Shown here: in pieces, positions 42,101-56,199 of the stretch
How positions within the stretch are numbered: position 1 is the stretch's first letter
How the letters are laid out: each line of letters starts with the position of its first letter
Assembly: GCA_010093815.1 (NCBI GenBank)
Contig: ML996590.1
Strand: one strand, 5' to 3'
Length of the DNA: 64,000 nucleotides
From: Pseudovirgaria hyperparasitica
Taxonomy: Eukaryota
Translations under genes and position numbers: made by a program
The notes under the pieces: generated by a model
The model's database searches: none
Told to the model about the DNA's origin: nothing
What the model saw: the letters and a program-made list of their open reading frames with translations, nothing else

Positions 42101-44087
42101 TATATAGATAGACTATAAGAATCTTAAATACTTTATAATAAAATAATACCTATTAGAATACTAAATATATTAATAAAATCTTATCTAAATACTAGTTCTC
42201 TCTAGTTTATTAACTAGAATCTAAAGTAATTATCTCTAATACTCTATTAAGATAGAAATAAGATAATATACTTAGAGTAGATAATAAAGAGTCTAGGTTC
42301 TATAGGTTTCTAGACCCTAAAGATATAAAAGATTAGCTAGTCTCTAAGGTAAGACTAGTAGTAGTCTATACTACTAACTTACTATTTAAGAATATATTAC
42401 TAGAGACTAAGCCTATCTATAGAGAGCTAGCTTCTCTAGAACTCTTCTAGAAGTACTCTCTAAATAATCTATAGACTATAATAGTAGAGAAGAACTTAAT
42501 ATACTAAACTATACTCTATATAGTAAAGAAAGAAGTATAGTTAGTTCTAAGTAAAGTAAAGCTAAAAGTCTAAGTAGTAGATTATAATATTAATTTAGAA
42601 GACTATCTTAATTACTATAGAAAGCTATAGATACTAGATATAAAGATAACTATAGAAGCCGAGTATAAAGTACTAGAACCTAGTAATTTAGAAGAGAATA
42701 TTCTTTAGACTAAGCTTATCTAGTCTATATATAACTTACTACTCTATAGCTATCTAGACTAAGACTCTATTAATTCTATACTAGTATAAAGCTTTTACTA
42801 GCTACTATAGATAAGATATATAAGGTAGTTTCTATATAACTATAACTCCTATAGATAGAATAAGATATAGTAGAAATAAAAATATAGACTTCTAAAGTCT
42901 CTTCTAGTATCTAATTACTTCTTCTAGAAGATCTTAATAGACTTTATTACTAATCTATCTAGCTTAGAAGAGAACTATTACTTATAGATTATTAAAGACT
43001 ATATAAATAAGACTATAGTATTATAAGTAATATCTACTATAAAGGTAGAGAAATATACTATAGCGTTTATAGATTACTAGATAAGATACTATAGTATATC
43101 TATAGTAATAATAAGTAATTAAGAAATAAAATAGACTAGCTATTTCTAGAAGACCTTTTATAGTCTTACTAGAGTAATCTAGAGACTAAGCTTTATATAC
43201 TATCTATAAATAGATAGAGACCTAGAAAAAATAAACTAAGAGAGATAGAGCTACTTATAAAACTTAATTAATTAGAAATAGTCTAATTAGAAAACCTAGC
43301 TTCTAATAGTATAACTAGTACTAAACGTATATTACTAAGTAGAGCTAGAAATAAGTCTATTCTTTACTATCTATAGATATAATCTATTATTCTCTATAGC
43401 TCTATAGATAGAAGCTAACTCTAATTTCTTACTCTCTACTAAGTAAAGAGTAGTAATCTTTATAAAGAAGATAAAGAATATTACTAAGCTATATAAAGTA
43501 AATATAGTAGAGGCTATCTAGAAGTAAGAGGAGTCTATAAATAGAAAGTAAACTCTAGTACTAGTATATTATATAGAAGATAAAGTATAGCTTAACTTAA
43601 GAAACTATATAATAAGTTAACTAAAGAAGAATCTAGACTTAAAGTATATAAAATAAACTATAGATAAAGTTCTATTACTAGTATCTATTAGACTAAGAGG
43701 GCTTTCTAATAATATCTATCTAGTATTCTATATATATCTACTTAGACTAGCTAGTAAAGACCCTTTATCTAGATAGAAGACTAATAATAAATAACTAGAC
43801 TCTATACTTATTAAGATATATAAAGACTAGTAAGTTAAGAAAATACTATATACTAGAAATAAAGAGCGAGGATAGAAAAGAGAAGTCCTAGTAAAATAAA
43901 TAGAATACTATAATCTAATATAGAAACCCTTAGTAAATCTAATAGATACTACTATATTAGATAAGTTAAAATAGAAGTTTAGATCTACTAAGATAAATAA
44001 TAGTCTACTAGAGTAGTAGACTATAAAGAAAAAGAAGATATCTATTTAGTAATATATAGAATATATAGATAAAGAAGAGAAAGACTA
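39138..44087 (+). mobile_element. Ty3/Gypsy chromovirus family C internal region (gag-PR-RT-RH-INT-chromodomain), heavily RIPed
   Basis: De-RIP motifs FCVDY, CPFGL, YxDD, ETDCSGF, ISMDFIT, HPQTDG, WQVEKIL...VLVKW...TWEP; purine tract at ~44070-44084. Confidence 0.85.
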
Positions 44088-44611
44088 TATAGTATAGTAA
44101 GCTATTCTTAGGCGTATGCCTTTAAAGGAATAGATTTACTTCTTAATAAGATAGATATAATAAAATTACGTCTATCTTCTCTATATACTATAAGTACTCT
44201 TTAACCTTATAACTACTTATTAGTTCTCTTATATAATAGAACGGGTCTATATAATACTTATAATTAATTCCTTAATAACTATATCTATTAATTAATACCT
44301 ATAGAAGCCTAAAAATATAAAGAAAAGCTAAATAGTTAAATATAAGTAATAGAAGTATATATCTATCCTAAATAAGTAGAGAAATATCCTTCTTAAGTAT
44401 ATAAATATACTATATAATTAAGCTAGAGATATATATATATAGGGCTATAGATACGGCCTTTTATATATATCTCTCTAGTCTATAGAGCTACTACTCTTAA
44501 TAGTATAATAGCTATTATAGAAACTATATAGAAAATATATAAGGAAACTATCTATAAAATAAAGGAAAAGACTAATAATAAGTAGTTATTATAGATAAAT
44601 ATTAGTCTAGA

Positions 44612-44642
44612 TTATTAGTTAAGGGTAGCCCTTAACTAATAA
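44612..44642. repeat. 31-bp palindrome abutting the stop codon of the dioxygenase-like pseudogene
   Basis: Same arms as the LINE palindromes, but the flanks are not LINE ORF sequence. Confidence 0.95.
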
Positions 44643-45710
44643 TTAGATAGATTTAGATATCTATTCTTAGTTCTTAAGATCCTAAGCTAGCTCTTTAAGA
44701 ATTATATTACTTAATTTAGATAGAATAGAATTATTATTATTAGAGATTCTATTAGACCACTCTTATCTATAGAAGTTCTCTATATTATTAGATAGTATAG
44801 TATTAGATAGGTATTTCTTAAAGTTAATAGACTACTTCTCGCCTCTAGCCTTATTAAACTCCTTCTAGAATAATCTATCCTTATAGACCTCTCTCTCTAG
44901 TTCTACTATCTTTATAAAAGTTTCTATAAATACCTTAGTAGTATCTTTAAACCACGCGTTAGTCTTTTACTTTAACTTCTAAGATCTAGTATTAAGCTAT
45001 ATAGCGGCCTCCCTATATACTTTCTAGCTATTCTATCTTTTCTAGCTAATTAGAGCTTTACTTACTATATTAGAATTTAAGAGCTAGATAGTAGCTAGAA
45101 AGACATATAGAATAGCACTATACTTATTTAAGAAACTAGATAGAGATATAGACCCTAGCATTAGATTTCTATATACTACTATAAGCTACTTCTAAATATC
45201 TATTTCTAGTATCTCTATTATTATATAGTTAGAGCTAATAGAGATATACTATAGAAATATTATATATCTTACCCTCTTTACTAGCTCTAGAGCACTATAT
45301 ATTATAAGAGGGCTAGATATATAGATCTTAAGGGCCTTATAGGGTATAGATATAAATAGACTAAACCTCTACTTATCCTCTATATTATAGATCTTATTAT
45401 TAATAGTAATAACTATACTATATCTATTAACTTCTAGACAGAGCTTTATCTAGATCTACTATTCTTCTAGAAACTTATATAATTATAGAATAATAATAGT
45501 AAAGTTATCTTTTACTTATTATTAAAACTAATACTTTCTTAGATTATATTAGTACTATAATAGTTATTAGAGTTAAGTACTCTATTAATTAAGTTATCTA
45601 GATACTAGAATATAGTTCTATCTTCTAGTCTCTAGAACTTTATATAATATAGATATAAAATTAGATAATAGTTATAGTTAGATCTATAGACTATATAAGA
45701 AAGCTAGTAT
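44643..45710 (-). pseudogene. 2OG-Fe(II)/PhyH-like dioxygenase-family gene, 3' part (RIP-degraded, frameshifted)
   Basis: De-RIP reading RLISYPYYAKF..PGD.T.FRHLD...GANMIQGSVSFDDE...HGA...RRTMFPWYV: an HxD motif, a distal His and a basic residue, as in double-stranded beta-helix oxygenases. Confidence 0.6.
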
Positions 45711-45715
45711 ATAGA

Positions 45716-48700
45716 TATAAGGATTATAGACGTAGGATAGTAGTCTAATAGGTCATAGGAGGATTCGGGAATATATTTAAAAGGGTAGTCTACTCTTCTA
45801 ACGAGGTTAATTTCTAAAGAGTAGGAATTAAGTATGTACGGCCTACTTATATAGTGGTCTCGCTTATTCTAGCTAGCTTAACCTAGGTCCACCTATCACG
45901 GACCGTACTAGACCATAGTAGTCTAGTTAAGTCTATCCTAGTATTAGCCCTAATAATATCCTTCTTCTTTTTATACTTTACTCTAAAGTACTTAGCTATA
46001 TATAAATCCGTAATTCTATAAGCGTTATATTTATACGCGTATCTAATTGAATCTATATAACGTTATCGATAGTCTTTATATTAGTAAACTTAAGCTCTAG
46101 TTTACTTTTATTTATACACGCGCTTATCCCTTACTTTATAGCTACTACCTTAGAGATAGCTCCGCGGGTTATATAACTACTATATTAACTAAGCTTATAT
46201 TTAGTTCTCTTATTCTAAATTTTCTTCTCTAGTATATCTACCTTACTCTTAAGATAAGTCGTTAATTTATATACTATCTCCTTTAGTTTAGATCCGTTCG
46301 GGTCTAGAGTAGTCTATTTTTATTAGAGCTAGTCCTATATAATCTATTCGCGTTATTACGGTTACTAATTTAGCTTCTTTAATCGCCTTTAAGACTAAAC
46401 GAGTATTCTACTCTTAGATCTCTAGCTAACGTGTATATATAGATATCTAATACTAGTCCTATTCCTAAGCCTACCTTCTTCTCTTATAAGACTCGCTCTA
46501 AAGAGATTACCTCTACCCCGGCTATACTAGCTAAAAAATCCACTTATTATAGTAGTATAAAGGCGCGCTCTAAGTTAGAGAAGAAGGTAGCTAAGGCTAC
46601 TACTACTATTACTACTAACGTAGCCACTAGTCGCTCTAATCTAGGTAATTCTAGTACTAGTATTACGGAAGAGATAGCTATAAAGCCTATCTATACCTAC
46701 TCGCGCCGTCTATCTACTCTACCTCCTTTAGAGGATAAAGAAGATCTTATTATAGACGATAATTAAGAGTTTACACCTTCGCCGTCTCGCTCTAAACGCC
46801 GTTCCTCTTTTCGGTCTAATATAGACTAACTTAGTTACTCTAGGTCCTTTTAGGACCTTAATATTTACTCTAAACCTAGCCCTAGTAATAATAAGGTCTA
46901 GATCGCCGAAGATACTAAATATAGTTACGGTTTACGCTATAGGAAAACGGCGAACTATAGTTTAATATACTTTAAGTATATTAAGACTTACGCTACTAGC
47001 TCTAAATATCTCTTCCGCTCTAACTCTAGTATTAGCTACTACTCTACTAACCGCGATAGATCTATACGCCTAATCTTTAAGCTCCCTATCTACTACTACT
47101 ACTATACCGTCCTTAGTAAAGTTTATCTTTAGATAAGTCTATTAGACTATTTTAGTCTAGGGTAATCTAAAGTTATCTATACTAATACGTTTTTAGGTTT
47201 CTATTTATATATAAGATATATATAACGATCTTCGCGTCCGCGAGACTCTCGGTAGTTCTAGCGGTTATCTAGCTTCTATATATAGGGAGTTTAGGGAGCG
47301 CTATAAGCTCTTTCTAGAGGTTATTAAAGTATAAGTTTAAAAACTATTAATTATTATTAACCTTAGCTTATAATTTTTAGTCGCTGCGAGATTCCTAGCG
47401 CTTAGGCTACCTATTCTAGGGAGTTAGTTTTAGCTACTAAGGCCGTAGAAGAGATTTATACTATTTCTTCCCGCCCGCCTCGTGCTACTAACGGGTCTTA
47501 TAAGAGATCTACTAGTTCTCCTTCTAAGTTACCTTATAAGAGGGTATATATTCTATTCTAGATTATTCTAGATCGTGTTAGCTAACTTTAGGTCTAGTCC
47601 CTCCGCTCTAGCGCTTAGTCGTTATCTTACTAGGCTCTAACTAAGCGCGTGGTTACTCTAGAGGATAAGGTCTCTAACCTCCGTCGCTCTATTACTTAGT
47701 TATTTTATTTACTATACTCTAAGAGTAATAATAAGATAGAGGAGTAGCTCTATGGCTCTATTTACTAGGGTTTCTATATAGTGTATATTAGCTCTATCTA
47801 CCTGGTTTCTATCCGTTTTAGTCCTTTTTAGACCGTTTAGATACCTATCTACTAGTTTTCTAGTAATTTAATTCTTAACTTAATAATATTATATACGTTC
47901 TTATTTATTCTATAACTATTAAATTTTAGATTCTAATTTCCTTTAAGTTACTTAAGTATAGGTATTATATATAAATTAGTTTATCTCTCTAAATTATATT
48001 AGAGTACCCGAACTAGTAGCCTAGTAGTTATTAGTTTAGATACTCTAACCTTTTATATTATATATCACGAGTTTAATTCCGTAGTAGGGTACCTTTTTAG
48101 TTTCTTAGTCCTATATTCTTCTTATGTATAATAGTCTATGTTAGTCTATTCTAGACTTCTCTATATTATTCTATTATAATATATTACGTAGCGTACCTAT
48201 AACGGTTATTTACGTTTCCTTCGCGTTTAGTAACCGTGCATCGCTTAAATTATAGGGCTACCTTATAGAGTTTTCCTAGTATACGTTTAGAATTTATAAT
48301 TCGACACTTTATTCTCTATAGTATCCTTCTTCTTTTTATAATGGCTCTAATAGCGCTAGGTTTACGGTAGTAACGTATTATCCTATAACCTCTATTTATA
48401 TATAGCTATCGCGGTACTTAAGATATATACCGTAGGTTCCTAGGTGTCCTTATCCTCGGTATAGTTCTTCTAATAGATTCGATACTTTTAGATACCGTTC
48501 TTATCGAGCCTATATTTAATAATATAGTCTACTTCGTACACGTCTAGTCTATCTTAGGGTATAATAGAGTATAATTACACGTTCATGCGTTTATATACGT
48601 TAGGTCGAAACCTTTTAAGTAATAAGACGTGGAATACGTTATAGACTTTTATATCATTTTCTAGGTTAAGCTCGTAGGCTCTTATACTAATATAACGTTT

Positions 48701-51700
48701 GATTCGGAAGGGACTAGCCATTTTATAATTAAGCTTTTTATTTACTCGTGATATTTATATATTATAGATATTAAGGAGGACTTCGTCTCTCTCCTCGTAC
48801 GCTTAATCTTTAACTAATCTATTATAGTACTTTATATACGACTTATTTACTTACTAGATTATTACGCGATAGTTACGTGCGGTTTTAAAGATTTTAATCG
48901 CTAGTTCCTACGCGTGGACGTTAACATCTATCGTTCGGTTGAACTAGACTATATAAGGTTCGAAATCTATCCTTAGACTACGTTCTAGGTTCGCCTAGAA
49001 GGGCGTAACACCTATTATACTATAATGACTATTATTATACGCGAATTCTACTATACTTAGTAGAGAGGCCTAGTTATCTTATTTAAAATTATAGAATATA
49101 CGAAGGTAGGCCTCGAGCGTTTAGTTCTATCGCTCTTTCTAACTATCTATTTATAGATAGAATACTATTAATATATTTCTATTTATACCGGCCATTTCAT
49201 AGAATAACGTCTAGAATTTAGACGTGAATATACTCTCTCGGTCTATAACGATTCTTTTTAGTATACTATAGACCTTAATAATCTTATTCTAGAATACTTA
49301 TACTAGTTCTTTTAATATAATCGTCTTCTATATAGGGACGTACCTAGATATCTTTATAAGTCTATCTACGATAATAAGAATTAAATTATAACTTATTCTA
49401 AGCATCTCGCTTAGAGGTAAGTTAACTATAAAATCTATAGTAATATCTTCCTATATAAAGAGGGGGACTAGTAGAGGCTATAAGTTCCTATATAGCTTAT
49501 ACCTAGGTGTCTTTATTCTTTAATAAATCGGATAAGTAGCTATCTATTCTTTAATGTACTTAGGTATATCTTTCTAAAAATAGTACTAATAAATCGAGCT
49601 TAGGGTGCGTATATACCCGAAATATTCTACTAGGTTAGTGTTATAGTATCGGCTAACTACGGTAAATCGTGTGTTACCCGTCGGTATATAGTACTTTCTA
49701 TTATAGTAGAGTAAGCCGTCCACGAAGGTCTACTTATAGTCTACTTCGGTCTATAATAATCTATCTTACTATATTTTACGTAACTTTAAAACTATCGGGT
49801 CTATCTTTTATAGATCCACGATTAACTAGGTAAGGTCTACTTAATATACACGCTAGGTACTATCGCCCTCTCTAATAGCGCCGATAAATAGCTCGCTAGA
49901 GACTTTAGTACCGTGTCTTTAGTTACTAGCTTTAGTCTTATAAATTTAATTACTAGTATTAGCGTTAGTATCTCGCTAATTATTAGATAACTTATTATCT
50001 AACCTCGTCCTTAAGAGTTAGGCCTATAGCTACTCTAGGACCCTATAGCTACTATAATTCTAGGCGCCTTCTTTATAGTTAGGTCTTCTTAATATTCTAT
50101 TAGCTAGGTTTATACTTCTAGGTCGATAGTAGATTATAAAGTAGAAATTTATAAGCTACTTAGCCTATTAAACCTATTAATGATTTAAAACCGTTATACT
50201 TATAAACCTCTTTAAGTTATAGTAATTAGTTAGTAACTTAACGTTATATATAGTACCTTTAAGATAATATCGCTACTACTTAAACGACTCTACTATTACT
50301 AGTAGCTCTTAGTTATAAATAGTATATCTAGTCTCGACGTCGGCTATCTTACGCGAGAAGAACGTAACTAGATACTATTAGACCTTTTTAGACTCTATTA
50401 GTCTAGGCTAGAAGAGTATACCCGAGATTATAAATCCTAATATATTAGTTTCAACGTGAATAGGTTTAGTTAGATCGAAGTACACTAGTAATAGAGCGGT
50501 TATAAATACTTCTTTAATCTTCTTAAAGGATATTCTTTTAACCTTAGTTAATTTAATAGGTTATAATTTAATATTATACTATTTCTATCTACTATAGACC
50601 GTAATAGATAAGTCGGTAGTAGTAGTATACGTATTAAGTAGTGCGGCTAAACGGGAGAAGTATTTAATAAATTTTTAGTAGTAGTTAGTAAAGCTAATAA
50701 AGACACGTATATCTCGAACGGATTTTAGTTTAGGCTAGTCCATAATAGTAGTAACTCTATCTCTCTCTATAGTTATACCTTAATTAGTAATAACGAAGCT
50801 AAGAAAGTTAATATAGTCCTAATGGAACTCGCATTTAGATAGCTTAATATATAGCTTATACTTTTCTAGCCTATCTAGGACTACACGTACGTGCTAGATA
50901 TACTCCTCCTCATTATCTAAGAAGATAAGGATATTATCTAGGTACACGATATATGTCGTGTTAAGTAGGCCTACTAGCGCGTTATTAATATATACTTAGA
51001 AGGTGCCTAGCGCGTTAGTTAGTCTAAAAGGGACTACGGTATACTTAAAGTATCTATAACGGGTCCTAAAAGCCGTTTTCTATTCATTACCTTCCTTAAT
51101 ATAAAGGTAATAGTAGGCGTTACGTAGATCGAGCTTAGTAAAGATCTTTATACGTCCTAGTCTATTAATAGACTCGGAGATAAGAGGTAGTAGATAACGA
51201 TTCTTTCGTATAATATTATTTAGGCTATAGTAGTTAATATATAGACGGAGGCTTCTATCCTTCTTCTTTATAAAGAGAATTAGAGCTCCGGCTAGAGATA
51301 TACTAGGCCTAATCTATTCTCGTGTAAGGTTCTTTTCGATGTATTCTCGAAGGGCTTATAACTTAGGTTCTAAAAGAGGGTAGATAGGTCTATATAGAGG
51401 TTACTAGCTATCTTTAAGATTAATAGTAAGGTCGGTAGATTAGTATTAAGGTAGTTTAGAGGAATTAATCGCTAACATAATATATTAGTATATTTTATAC
51501 TAATATAGTAGGTTTTCGTCTACTTTAATACTAAGCTTACTATTTTACGTAAGTAAGAGTATATAGATAGTAGAGATCGCCTTCTTATAATCTTTCTAGA
51601 ATTATTTATTATTAATAAGCTATACTAGTTCCTATTAAGGTAGATTTATACGCTAGCTAGCTATCTTCTTAAGAAAGTCTAGTTTTAGATTATATTTCTT

Positions 51701-53726
51701 AAGCTATAGTATACCTAGAATTATGTTAAAGGGACTATCTACCACGATAAAGGTTAAGTAGTAGAGTTTCTATTTCCCTCCGCTATCCTAGATATCGTAT
51801 TTAATAGTATAGGTACTATATAACTTAATAGGACCGTCGATACCATGGAATATAGTACCTATTAGAGCTTAGATGTCGGTATTAAGTTCTCGTGCTCGTT
51901 AGATCGATATAACGTTAGTAGCCGACCTACTATTAAGTATTATAGTCTAATATTATCCACGAGGGACCTCGATAGGTCTAGCCTATAGTTCGATATACTA
52001 TTTAGTAGATTACCCCTCTATTATGGTCGCGTCTATAAGTCGCGAGGGTTTCTTATAGGCTATTAGTTTTTTATATTCTATACTAGGTAGTTAGGCGTGA
52101 TGTATCCTAGCTACTAGCACTTATAGTATATAACTAGTTAGTTAGTTATATTAGTACTTAGTAGCTTCCCTAAATAGTACTTAGGTACTATATAGTCTAT
52201 TCTACTATAGATATAGTAAGTAACTTTAGGTTATTTATATAAGTCGGTTCTTATATCTCGATATATCGATTAGTAGGGAGATCCACGATATAATCCGCGT
52301 GGTTTTAAATTTAAGGCATAGTAGTGGCCTTATAACGTCCCGCGAGATCTATTACTAAATTAGTTTTAGTTAGATGATTTTACGTTAGATTAGATTATTA
52401 GAGATAGTCGTGTACTAGCGCGGCGTTAATTATTTATTATATACTAGTATCGCTCCGCGAGGTTTATAAGAGCTTAGAGGTCTATAGAGATTATTATTAT
52501 AAGATCGAGATGGTTCTTTATATTTAGGGCGAGGGACCGTTTAAAGTCGTCGTACTATTAAATTATATAATCTTCTTTAGCTTCTCTCTAGAGGGGCCGA
52601 AGGTATTTAAGGAGTTATAATAGTAACTAATTATCTCGTTATCGAGTCTCGAAGATATAGCCCTAGGTCTAGTCGCGTTATTTAGCCCTATTACTAAAAT
52701 ATTAGAGGAGAAATTTAGTAAACGTATTCTAGTTATAGGTATCCTTAGAATATTTAATTCGGTATACTATCTAACGTTCTAAAGGCGTTGGGTTAAGGTA
52801 GTTCTAGACGAATCTAATTTTATTACTATTATTCGTGAATAGATAGAAGAATCGGCTATATTAGTAAGTCTATACGTGGAAACTCTTTCTACTTTTACTA
52901 TCGAAGTAAGGTGGTTTCTTAGGTCGGGGTAATTAGGATAGTAGTAGACTAGAATAGATCGTTTTAGTTAGTATAGGTCTATATAAATATAGATTAGTCG
53001 TTACTAGAACTAAAGCGTATAATATAGCTTTAAGTCTCGTAGTACGTCCTTAAGCTTCGTTAAGTTCGCGTAGTTATTACTTAAGTTAAATCTATTATTA
53101 CCTCTCTTCGTGTAGTCTAGTATATATATTATTATAAGATATAGTTAACGTTAGGCGATTCTAATAGATTAACTTATTAACGTTAATAAGGTCTAGCCTT
53201 ATATTAAGGTTAGGTCTAGTATAGTTTAAACTAGACCAAGATAGAGTATAATAGACTCTATCCTTATATTCTATAATATCTTCTATAGTTATATAGAATA
53301 TCGTACGAGTTATCGGTGTAATAGTCTATAAGATATAGTTATTAGTGGGGGTAGTTATAGATAGACTATTCTCCTCGTTTAGGTTAGGAGAAGGTCTACT
53401 ATAAGAGGCGGTGCCACGAGTGTTATAACGAGTGGTTAGAGCTATTTCTATAAACTACCGTCGTGCTATATAAAGAGGAATTAAAATATAAGGATTATAG
53501 ATATAGAATAGTAGTCTAATAGGTTATAGGAGGATTCGGGAATATATTTAAAAGGGTAGTCTACTCTTCTAATAAGGTTAATTCCTAAAGAGTAGGAATT
53601 AAGTATATGCGGCCTACTTATATAGTGGTCTCGCTTATTCTAGCTGGCTTAACCTAGGTCCACCTATCACGGACCGTACTAGACCATAGTGGTCTAGTTA
53701 AGTCCATCCTAGGGTCAGCCCTAACA
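45716..53726 (-). mobile_element. Ty3/Gypsy family B, copy 2, uninterrupted (8011 bp)
   Basis: 240-bp LTRs 45716-45955 and 53487-53726; TSD ATAGA (45711-45715/53727-53731); colinear with copy 1 minus the LINE. Confidence 0.95.
46443..47747 (+). pseudogene. Antisense four-exon accessory gene in Gypsy B copy 2
   Basis: Colinear with 19693-20997 (offset 26750), with the same splice signals. Confidence 0.72.
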
Positions 53727-53731
53727 ATAGA

Positions 53732-54640
53732 ATATTAATAGACTAGCTACTAGATATAAGAGTAGTAGATAGTATATAGCTATCTATAGTTTAACTTATT
53801 ATTATATCTCTACTAGTAGTATTTATATATCTTAAACTCTAGTCTACTAAGTTTAAGAATACTTTTATTAAGAATAGTTATTTTAGACTTAAGAGGTTTA
53901 AATATTCCTATAATATTAATACTTCTAGTCTTATTCTATTCTATAAGAAGCTAATCTTCTAATCTCTTATTATACTTCTAGATAAGAGATAGAATACTAT
54001 TAAGTATCTTCTATATATCTATAACTAGTTTAGATATATTAGAGATATAAAAGTAATAGATCTCTAATACCTCCGTAGAGTATGGTAGCTAGATATACTT
54101 AGTAAAGTATATATAATACTTATTATCTACTTTAAGGGCTCTAATATTATCTCTAAAGTTAAATATCTTCTTAAGTCTTACTACTAGGTTTATATAGAAT
54201 ATACTAACTAATATCTTATTTTTTCTAGCTATATTCTAGTAATACTTAAAGTAGACTCTATAGGGGGTAGCTCTATTAATTATCTATTTCTTTTATTTAA
54301 CTAGTAGAGCTATACCTTTAGCTATTATAAAGTTCTTCTTTAAGGATACCGCGGCTTTAAATATCTTTATTATAGAGGGTATATACTTATAATACTTAGA
54401 GTCTTCTTCCTCTTTCTTCTACTACTACTACTAGATTTATTTTAGACTATAAGACTTTAGTAACTAATAGATATTATAAGTATATTTTTAGTAGGTATTA
54501 AGGGTCTACTAATAAGATATATCTATAGATAGACTTTACTAAGAGAGATATAATAGATACTAATAAAGTCTAAGTATAAGTAGGCGGCGAATATATCTCT
54601 ATAGTAGATAGATAATATATTTCTAATCTAGAAGGTTTAC
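53732..54640 (-). pseudogene. Dioxygenase-like gene, 5' part (start not defined)
   Basis: De-RIP reading EFKMYKYH...NYGWLRTIYYSHIQQLV joins the 3' part across the ATAGA TSD. Confidence 0.55.
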
Positions 54641-54732
54641 CTTATAGAGGTAATTTTACTATAGATATTACTTATATTTACTTTAGTAATAGTAGTTCTA
54701 GAGATAGAGATAATATACTTATCTTCTTAATC

Positions 54733-54742
54733 NNNNNNNNNN
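54733..54742. other. Assembly gap (10 N)
   Basis: N run. Confidence 1.
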
Positions 54743-55116
54743 GAGAGAGAACTAAATACATAGAGAGACCGTTCCTTATATATTCCTCCTTATATATTCT
54801 AGATCCTTCTCTCTATTAATAATAGGAATCTTCTAGACCTCTAGACGTACGTATACGTTCTATAGCTCTAGTAGTTCCCTTAGAATAGAATAGGGTAGAG
54901 TAGAACTCTATAGAACTTATAGACTCTATAGTAGAATCTTATAGAACTCTATAGAAGTTCGTGTTTCTAAAGATCTCTAGAAGTTTCTAGAAGGTTCTAG
55001 AAACTTCTATAAGAGTATAGAGTATTTATATATATAAGTAGATAATATTAGTAAGGTCGATTACTAATATTAAGCTATTCCTAATAAGGAAATACCTTAT
55101 ATAAACTTATTAGACA
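54743..55116. repeat. LTR-like segment with internal ~10-bp TAGAAnnTTC tandem units, ending in ...AGACA
   Basis: Terminal CA and short tandem repeats; no second copy in the window. Confidence 0.35.
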
Positions 55117-56199
55117 TAGTAGAGATAGAGTTTATAATTTTACTATAGATATTACTTATACTTACGTTAGTAATAGTAGCTCCGGAGATAGAGATAATAT
55201 ACTTATCTTCTTAATCTATAAAAACTACTCTATAGATCTATAGACTATTCTACTAACCTAAGACTACTAGCTAATAGAAATAATAAGTTCTATTCTATTA
55301 TAGAAAAGTAATTTATTTTATTAACTAGGGTAGTTTTAGAGTTATAGAAGGGAGGGTCCTCTTATATTATAATCTCTAGCTATAGTAGTATTAATATTAG
55401 AACTCTAGAGATATACTTTAATTTCTTATTCTCTCTATTCTTAACTAATTTAAGACTATAGAGGTATATTTAACTAGTCTCTTACTTATATCTATAGCTA
55501 TATTTATAAAAGTACTACTAGCTTTTCTATAAAGTTCTATATCTACTATAGTAGCCTAAGAGTAGATTAGAATAACTAGCCTTCTATATTAGAGAGATCT
55601 TTTTACTAGTTCTATAGAATTATATTTTTAGTCTTTAGAATATATAAGTTAGTATATCTTTCTTAATAAATTATCTTATAGACTTCTTTTAGAATAGTAG
55701 ATTTAATCTTTACTTTACTATATTCTATTATAGCTTCTATCTTCTAGAATATATTAACTATACTACTTAAAAGTTATTCTATAAGACTAGTAATATAATA
55801 AAGATTATTAAATATATCTATAATATAATTCTACCGTTTCTATAGATTCTAAATAGTAAGAATATAGTTAATAGTAGAGGCGTTTACTTCTATAATATCT
55901 ACTAGTAGATCTTAAGAGATAGTAGATAGTCTTAAGACTATAAGGGTAGTTAAAGGCCCTACTTTAGTACTTATAACCCTTTACTATAATTATATCTATC
56001 TTATTTAAACTTATTAATCTTATAATTCTTTATAAATAGATATCTTCTTTTTTAGTAGAGCTATTACTATTATTAGTTTCTATAAGAAGATATAGAGATA
56101 TAAAAGGAAGTTAGTATAAGAAGAGTATTAGAGAGGTTAAGAAGGTATAAAGAGAAGAGAGTTCTATACTTCTTATATATCTTGTCTTATACTTTATTA

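Noticed and set aside
44643..45710. Initially read as a second LINE RT
   Set aside because: No RT motifs on translation; oxygenase-like HxD/H motifs fit better.
54650..55216. ~80-bp duplication (54650-54732 vs 55135-55216) around the N gap
   Set aside because: Adjacent to an assembly gap, so a scaffolding artefact cannot be distinguished from a real second copy.
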